Shown: positions 37,090 to 42,326 of the stretch, piece after piece
How positions within the stretch are numbered: the stretch's first letter is position 1
Layout: each line of letters begins with the position of its first letter
Origin: a bacterium
Lineage (GTDB): Bacteria > Zhuqueibacterota > Zhuqueibacteria > Oceanimicrobiales > Oceanimicrobiaceae
Assembly: GCA_046757025.1 (NCBI GenBank)
Contig: JBHHXN010000025.1
Span: forward strand, 1 to 42,326
Direction: 5' to 3'
Length of the DNA: 42,326 nucleotides
The notes under the pieces: generated by a model
Databases searched by the model: none
What the model saw: only the letters and a program-made list of their open reading frames with translations
What the model was told of the DNA's origin: nothing
Position numbers and translations under genes: made by a program

Positions 37090-37190
37090 GTCCTTCTGAG
37101 CGATCCCACACAGCGGGAGAGCGAAGTATCTTTTACCACAACTCGAATAAAGTTTCGTGGAAAGAGATTCGTCCGTCGCGAAGGATCCCT
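37090..37190. repeat. Degenerate REP-like palindromic unit
   Basis: GTCCTTCTGAGCG...AGCGAAGTATCT and AGAGATTCGTC resemble the units inside the family A and B elements. Confidence 0.4.
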
Positions 37191-37774
37191 ACAAAATTAT
37201 TTTCTGAGCTAATTTAATACCCAAAGGCACGTTGGTGCAAACACATTGATTTTATTTCAAAACGCATAAAAGCTAATTCAATACAACATTTACCGTTCAG
37301 TCATTTTAATTTACATGAAGTCAGTTAATTCGGATGTCAAGGATGTTTGCACCAACGTTTTTTATCTGTCCTAATCATCGGAATGAATTGGGAATTCTTG
37401 ATTGGAATAAATACAAATTCTATGATGGTCCGATGGCTACTGAGCAGCCATTGGTATTTGCTGTTGGCTGCCGGCAATCTTTCGCTTTCAATGAGAGAGT
37501 CAAGTGTTCTGGACATTTGGAAAGGTGGGACTGTGGTAGTTGCACGATTTTACCGATTAGCAGAATTGCTTAGTCGAGGGGAGTAGTCGATACCGCCAAA
37601 TAGAGTTCAAACGGTTGCTGAAGAAGTCTCCAGTTTAATGGATTGCAGCGGAAAGGCCATCAATCTAATAATCTTTTCAGAAAACTTACGGCCAACAGCT
37701 AATTGCCAACAGCAAAAGATTTATACCTTACTTAAAAATAAAAACCCAAATTGAAATCGCACGATCAAATAAAA

Positions 37775-37807
37775 CATGCCGCTTCCAATTGGATTGAAAA
37801 CGGCATG
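37775..37807 (-). terminator. Intrinsic terminator of the second S8 peptidase gene
   Basis: CATGCCGCTTCCAAT / ATTGAAAACGGCATG stem followed by TTTTATTT on the minus strand. Confidence 0.7.
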
Positions 37808-37830
37808 AGAAATTCAAAACTATGATTTTC

Positions 37831-39564
37831 TTAACGCAGCAAACTCATCTTCCTCACCTGGACAAATTCGCCGGCGATGATCTGATAGAGGTAAATACCG
37901 CTGGCAACTTGCCGGCCCTGGGCATCCCGGCCATCCCAGCGGAGGCTGTAACTACCGGCCGCATACGGGGCATTCGTTAGAGTCCGAATCTCTTTGCCAA
38001 GAATATTGTATACTTTCAGGATAACCTGACTCGCTTCTGGAATTTGAAATTGAATCTTTGTTTCAGGATTGAATGGGTTGGGGTAGTTTTGGAACAACTC
38101 AAAAGCTGCTGGTATTGAGTTCGAATTGTCCACTTTTTCCTCTATTTCTGTGACCACGATACCCCGAAATCGGTTGAGAGCCCGGCGAAAATTGACTTTG
38201 CCATAACCATAGTATGGATTAAACCATCCCTGACCATCCCACTGGTAATCCTCGTCACCAACTCTGTCAGCAGTCCCAATCAGTATTCTCAGAATACTTA
38301 CAGGCGAAAGGTTTTTGTCGTACGAGAGAAGCATTGCCACCAGTGCAGTTACCACCGGCGCCGCAAATGAAGTTCCCCTTCCACCTTTAAAGTAGTGCTT
38401 TTGCCAGTCAAGGTCTTCTGATGCAAACGGATACCACGGCGTTGTGCTGACGATCCCAATCTCGTCCTCTGCCCTGGTACCAACAGGAAAGGTTCTTTCA
38501 CCTGGTGCTACGAAGCAAAGCTCTGGACCCCAGGATGAGAAGTAGGCTCTCTTGTCATGTCTGTCCGTGGCACCAACTGCAATGATATTGGCATATCCCG
38601 AACGACTTTTCACACCGATTCTTGAAAGCCTTGCTGGATAGGTAATGCCTAATTCGTTCATATTCCCTGCAGAAACAACGATGATTACATTTCTATCGTA
38701 TGCATATCTGACGGCATCCTCCATGATGGCTGAGTAACCGAACCCACCACCACTGAAATTTATCACCGATACACCCTTGTCCACCATGTCCTTTACCGCT
38801 GCGGCAACCAGTGCGACACTTCCATTACCATCTACACCCTGAAATACCTGATGAATAAGGGCTTTTATGGAGCCATCATTGCCGTTCAATAGCCCAGCGA
38901 TGCCTATCCCATTGTTTGACTTGGCGAAAATTTCTCCCGTCACAAATGTTCCGTGTCCATCCAGATCCCTAACCGCTTCGATGCCCTGCCCCTCGTTTTC
39001 CGGGCTGAAATCTTTGCCGGGCAAAAGGATGTCGAATCCTGGGAGATCCGGGTGGTGTTTCCATTGATTGGCTACGGGATCAAATTCCGCTGCGATTCCC
39101 GTATCAAGAATTCCTACTAACACGTCGTTATCTCCCGGCGGCACCTTGCAAGTCACCAGCCAATCAATGTCATAATTCAGCGAATCACTGAGGTACCACT
39201 GAGTAGTGAACAGTGAATCGTTTGGCGTTGAAAACTTTCTGACTACCAAATCAAATTCGATATCGCGAATGAGGTCAGGATTTTCCGACTTCAATTTGTT
39301 CATCAAATCCTGATCGGCATTTGCTCGGACAAACGACCAATTGTGCAATCCGATGAAGTGTTCGATTTGGAGACCGTATTGGGCAAGCATCTCAGCGATT
39401 TCATTTTCATTCTTACTTGCGAAATTTATCAGCAGTCTGTCTGCAAATGCTTCCACTTCGATATTTTTTCCATCTTGCATGAGACGAACTTTCTTGATAC
39501 TTTGTTCAGCGAAGAGTAAACCACTGAATAACAACAAAATAATACATAAAATCATCCTTTGCAT
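37831..39564 (-). CDS. Secreted S8 serine peptidase with FlgD-Ig / T9SS-like C-terminal domain
   Basis: Signal peptide MQRMILCIILLLFSGLLFA after an AGGAGAGGAG RBS; ILDTG, GHGT, SAGN, GTSFAAP; QNYPNPFNPET...WDG...SGIYLY...RKMSLLR. Confidence 0.92.
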   Translation of the reverse strand: MQRMILCIILLLFSGLLFAEQSIKKVRLMQDGKNIEVEAFADRLLINFASKNENEIAEMLAQYGLQIEHFIGLHNWSFVRANADQDLMNKLKSENPDLIRDIEFDLVVRKFSTPNDSLFTTQWYLSDSLNYDIDWLVTCKVPPGDNDVLVGILDTGIAAEFDPVANQWKHHPDLPGFDILLPGKDFSPENEGQGIEAVRDLDGHGTFVTGEIFAKSNNGIGIAGLLNGNDGSIKALIHQVFQGVDGNGSVALVAAAVKDMVDKGVSVINFSGGGFGYSAIMEDAVRYAYDRNVIIVVSAGNMNELGITYPARLSRIGVKSRSGYANIIAVGATDRHDKRAYFSSWGPELCFVAPGERTFPVGTRAEDEIGIVSTTPWYPFASEDLDWQKHYFKGGRGTSFAAPVVTALVAMLLSYDKNLSPVSILRILIGTADRVGDEDYQWDGQGWFNPYYGYGKVNFRRALNRFRGIVVTEIEEKVDNSNSIPAAFELFQNYPNPFNPETKIQFQIPEASQVILKVYNILGKEIRTLTNAPYAAGSYSLRWDGRDAQGRQVASGIYLYQIIAGEFVQVRKMSLLR

Positions 39565-39726
39565 AATATGCTCCTCTCCTTTATTTGAAGAACTTCTATG
39601 AATGTTAACTTTAGCTATCCCCTCATTCAAAAACGAGGCCGGAATCATTCTTAAGGAGATTAGCTATTTAAAAACATATTGTTAAGTTGTTTTATTAAAT
39701 GCGTAAATTCGTTCAAATTAAGTAAG

Positions 39727-39754
39727 AAAACCTCGCCAGAATCGACGAGGTTTT
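39727..39754. terminator. Bidirectional-type hairpin terminator
   Basis: AAAACCTCG...CGAGGTTTT. Confidence 0.6.
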
Positions 39755-39893
39755 TGTGAAACATTGTTTTACAAAACAGTTAGGTTCGTTGATTTCGGCG
39801 TAAGTCCGGACTGGAAAACGAATTCACCTTTATTCAAACAGACATAAACTTCTGTAAATAAGCGTGTTCAACCTTTAAGTTGCAAAAGGCTGA

Positions 39894-40050
39894 AGGATCT
39901 GTGTGAAAAGTTAAATGCAAGGATTTGTCATTCTGTAGGTCTCTATTCATTTTGCACGTAAAGTACTGTTTATTAAAAAGATTCTTTTAGAATGACATCT
40001 ACTCGGAATGGGTTGTGAATCGTCACGATCAGACTTTTCACACAGGCTCT
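39894..40050. mobile_element. MITE-like element, family B, copy 2 (inverted relative to copy 1)
   Basis: CTGTGTGAAAAGT ... ACTTTTCACACAGGCTCT; the reverse complement shares AGAGCCTGTGTGAAAAGTC and the AAAGAATCTTTTTAATAAACAG.ACTTTACG core with 4663-4842. Confidence 0.7.
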
Positions 40051-40153
40051 GAAGTCCAAACACACCCTTGGAATTTAGTTTTGCAGAAGTCTACAAATTG
40101 ATAAAAAAAGTCTAAATGGAGTGGAATTGAGGTGATTGGGAGAGGGTAGAAAG

Positions 40154-41689
40154 CTAATCTTGAGAGGAGCTTTTAAGTTTCAATCGTTCTATTTTGTATC
40201 GTATGTTGGTTTCGGAAATGCCCAATATGCGTGCCGCTTGCGACTGATTCCCCTTGCAAGCAGCTAACGTGTCGCCAATTATTTTTGCTTCGATGTCTTT
40301 CAGTTGATCATTCAGAGACTTTTGCATTTGATTTACCAGGAAGCTCTTTCGATGAGACCTCAGCACTGTCTTGAGATCGGACGGCAACATTCCTGCATCA
40401 ATGATTTTAGCCTTCTTCGGCGCTAAAGTGACCAAACGTTCTACCAGGTTTTCCAATTCTCGAATATTGCCCGGCCAGGGATACTGCTGAAAAAAATCGA
40501 GAATCTCTGCGTGGAAGCCGGTGATGGACTTGTTTTGTTTGCTGGCGAAATTCTTGAGAAAGTGGTCAGCGAGATAAGAGATATCCTTTCCTCTGTCGCA
40601 CAGTGGAGGAACCATAATCGGATAGACATAGAGTCGATAATATAAATCCTCTCTAAAGTTACCACTTTCAACTAATTCTCTCAGTGAGGTACTGGAAGCC
40701 GCAATGATACGTACATCGACTTTGCGCGCTTTGTTGCTCCCAACCGGGCGCACCTCCGCTTCCTGCAAAACGCGCATAAGCTTGGCCTGCATGGGCATGG
40801 GTAAATTGGCGATTTCATCCATGAATAATGTGCCACCATTTGCTTCTTCGATGAGCCCTTTGCGATTGGCACTGGCACCGGTAAAAGCACCCCTGAGGTG
40901 ACCAAACAGTTCGCTTTCCAGCAGATTTTCTGCAATAGCTCCGCAGTCGATGGCAATGAAGGACGCCTGGCGTCGCTCGCTGAAATTATGAATTGCGCGC
41001 GCTATCAGCTCCTTACCAGTGCCGCTGGGACCTTCCAACAACACCCGGACATCGCAATGGGCTGCAGCTTCTGTGGCTTTCATGGTATCGATCAGCTTTT
41101 TGGATTTACCGAAAATTCCGACCTGCGTGTATTTAGCCAGCAGGGAGGAATCTGGTAGTGGAGACTCAAAATACTCCTGGATCTTCTGTGCATTTCGCAG
41201 GTACGGAGCTGAGATATCACCCAGTTTTTTCAGGTATTCGAGGTCTTCTTCATCAAATACGCGATCCCCGCTTTTGTTTAGAAGTAAAACCGTGCCGAGT
41301 TTGATGCCCTCGACATGAATTGGAATGCCCAAAACCGACTTTACATCTAACTCATCAAATTTGGATTGATCAAAGCGGGCGTCTTTGCGAATGTCCGAAC
41401 TGAGAAGGGGCTGATAGTTGCCCATGATCCAGCCACTGAGCAAATTCTGCAAAACACGGTAACTGCGATGCAATCGCTCTGATGTGTCTTTTTGCAGCGT
41501 TTTGACCGTTTGACGGGTGCGCGGATTCACCATCAAGATCAGGCAGTTCTCAGCGTTCAGCTGGCTCAGGGCGTGTTGCGAAATCCCGCGCAGAATCTCC
41601 TGAAAATCCTTTTGTTCGTTCAAAATGCTCGCCAGATCGACGAGACTCTGAAGCCTTTGTTTTTCAATGTCGGAATCGATTTGTGTCAC
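40154..41689 (-). CDS. GAF-domain sigma54-dependent transcriptional activator (Fis-type HTH)
   Basis: N-terminal GAF; GPSGTGKE, ESELFGH, GAFTGA, LFMDEI, FREDLYYRL, WPGNIRELEN; NQSQAARILGIS HTH. Confidence 0.95.
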   Translation of the reverse strand: MTQIDSDIEKQRLQSLVDLASILNEQKDFQEILRGISQHALSQLNAENCLILMVNPRTRQTVKTLQKDTSERLHRSYRVLQNLLSGWIMGNYQPLLSSDIRKDARFDQSKFDELDVKSVLGIPIHVEGIKLGTVLLLNKSGDRVFDEEDLEYLKKLGDISAPYLRNAQKIQEYFESPLPDSSLLAKYTQVGIFGKSKKLIDTMKATEAAAHCDVRVLLEGPSGTGKELIARAIHNFSERRQASFIAIDCGAIAENLLESELFGHLRGAFTGASANRKGLIEEANGGTLFMDEIANLPMPMQAKLMRVLQEAEVRPVGSNKARKVDVRIIAASSTSLRELVESGNFREDLYYRLYVYPIMVPPLCDRGKDISYLADHFLKNFASKQNKSITGFHAEILDFFQQYPWPGNIRELENLVERLVTLAPKKAKIIDAGMLPSDLKTVLRSHRKSFLVNQMQKSLNDQLKDIEAKIIGDTLAACKGNQSQAARILGISETNIRYKIERLKLKSSSQD

Positions 41690-41754
41690 CTCCCAATATG
41701 AACAAGTTAATCAATTTATCACTTTTGTTGGAATTTTAAGCTTCCAACCAGGAA

Positions 41755-42326
41755 CTATTTTTTTGCCAAAGGACCTGATTTGAGTTGTTCAATACGAAGT
41801 TGTATTTCGTCAACCAAAGGTTTGAGCTCCAGATCACAATTCTTCCAAAACCACACAAAGCGTGTGTAATGTTTAAGTGCCGTTTCAAATTGCCCGAGTT
41901 TTTCGTAAATCTCAGCGCGCTTCAAATGCGAAACTGGTGAGTAGACAAACTCTCTGGAGGCGCCATATCCCAGGGAGCTGTACCAGCGCAGCGCCTCGTC
42001 GTACTCGCCGAGAGCGAAATGAGACTCAGCGCGCAGATAGCGTTCATACGCCTGTGATGTTGAGAGCACGAAAGCCACCATGCTCCACCATGTCTCGGGC
42101 TGCCGGCGGTCGAGCAAAGTTAACGCTTCTTTGTATTTTCCATCATTAGTCGCAAGCTGGACACGAATGCTCAGTGCGTAATCCCTCGCCCTGGCAGCCG
42201 CTTTTTCACGAGCACCGTCCCGGGAAAACATTACTGACTGCGCCTGGAGAGCATCAGCCGCCTGCAAAGCCTCGTCGTTTTGTCCCAGCCGGGCGCTGAG
42301 CAGCCCAGAGAGATAATGTCGATGAA
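41755..42326 (-). CDS. C-terminal part of a TPR-repeat protein (5' end outside the window)
   Basis: Frame stays open to the window edge (...HRHYLSGLLSARLGQNDEALQAAD...); TPR-like helices. Confidence 0.75.
   Translation of the reverse strand, partial: HRHYLSGLLSARLGQNDEALQAADALQAQSVMFSRDGAREKAAARARDYALSIRVQLATNDGKYKEALTLLDRRQPETWWSMVAFVLSTSQAYERYLRAESHFALGEYDEALRWYSSLGYGASREFVYSPVSHLKRAEIYEKLGQFETALKHYTRFVWFWKNCDLELKPLVDEIQLRIEQLKSGPLAKK

Noticed and set aside
37225..37238. Sigma54 promoter-like GGCACGTTGGTGCA
   Set aside because: GG-to-GC spacing is 9 rather than the required 10, and it faces away from the motor operon.
37334..37586. Two 79 aa plus-strand ORFs in the motor operon leader
   Set aside because: They overlap each other, lack a clear RBS and show no recognisable protein features.

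Overview
Gene-dense 42.3 kb bacterial chromosomal segment. T9SS-like C-terminal sorting domains (QNYPNPFNP...WDG...SG.Y.Y) and PorV/FadL-like barrels suggest an FCB-related lineage such as KSB1 or Calditrichota (inference only). In order, it holds: a TPR-ectodomain/TM/Ser-Thr kinase coupled to a Zn-ribbon-FHA-GAF-PP2C phosphatase; an S8 protease; a patatin; a barrel / giant repeat protein / PorV-like operon; a stand-alone DnaE2-like polymerase with insertions; an Ntn acylase; a DUF4136-like lipoprotein; a TetR-TolC-HlyD-ABC efflux operon; an OmpA-fusion protein; a five-gene motor operon; a second S8 protease; a GAF/sigma54 activator; and a truncated TPR gene. The standout is the operon at 31866-37023. 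It encodes a natural fusion of a FliF-like ring domain, TM helix and FliF-like tail to a FliG-like rotor, plus a putative outer-membrane protein, a TPR lipoprotein and a PomA/PomB-like MotA-MotB stator. No rod, hook, export, FliM/FliN or chemotaxis genes are nearby, so it looks like a minimal, flagellum-independent rotary motor. Two families of palindromic MITE-like elements (two copies each) and several TTGACA-17-TATATT promoters are also visible. All assignments come from reading motifs by eye; no searches were run.
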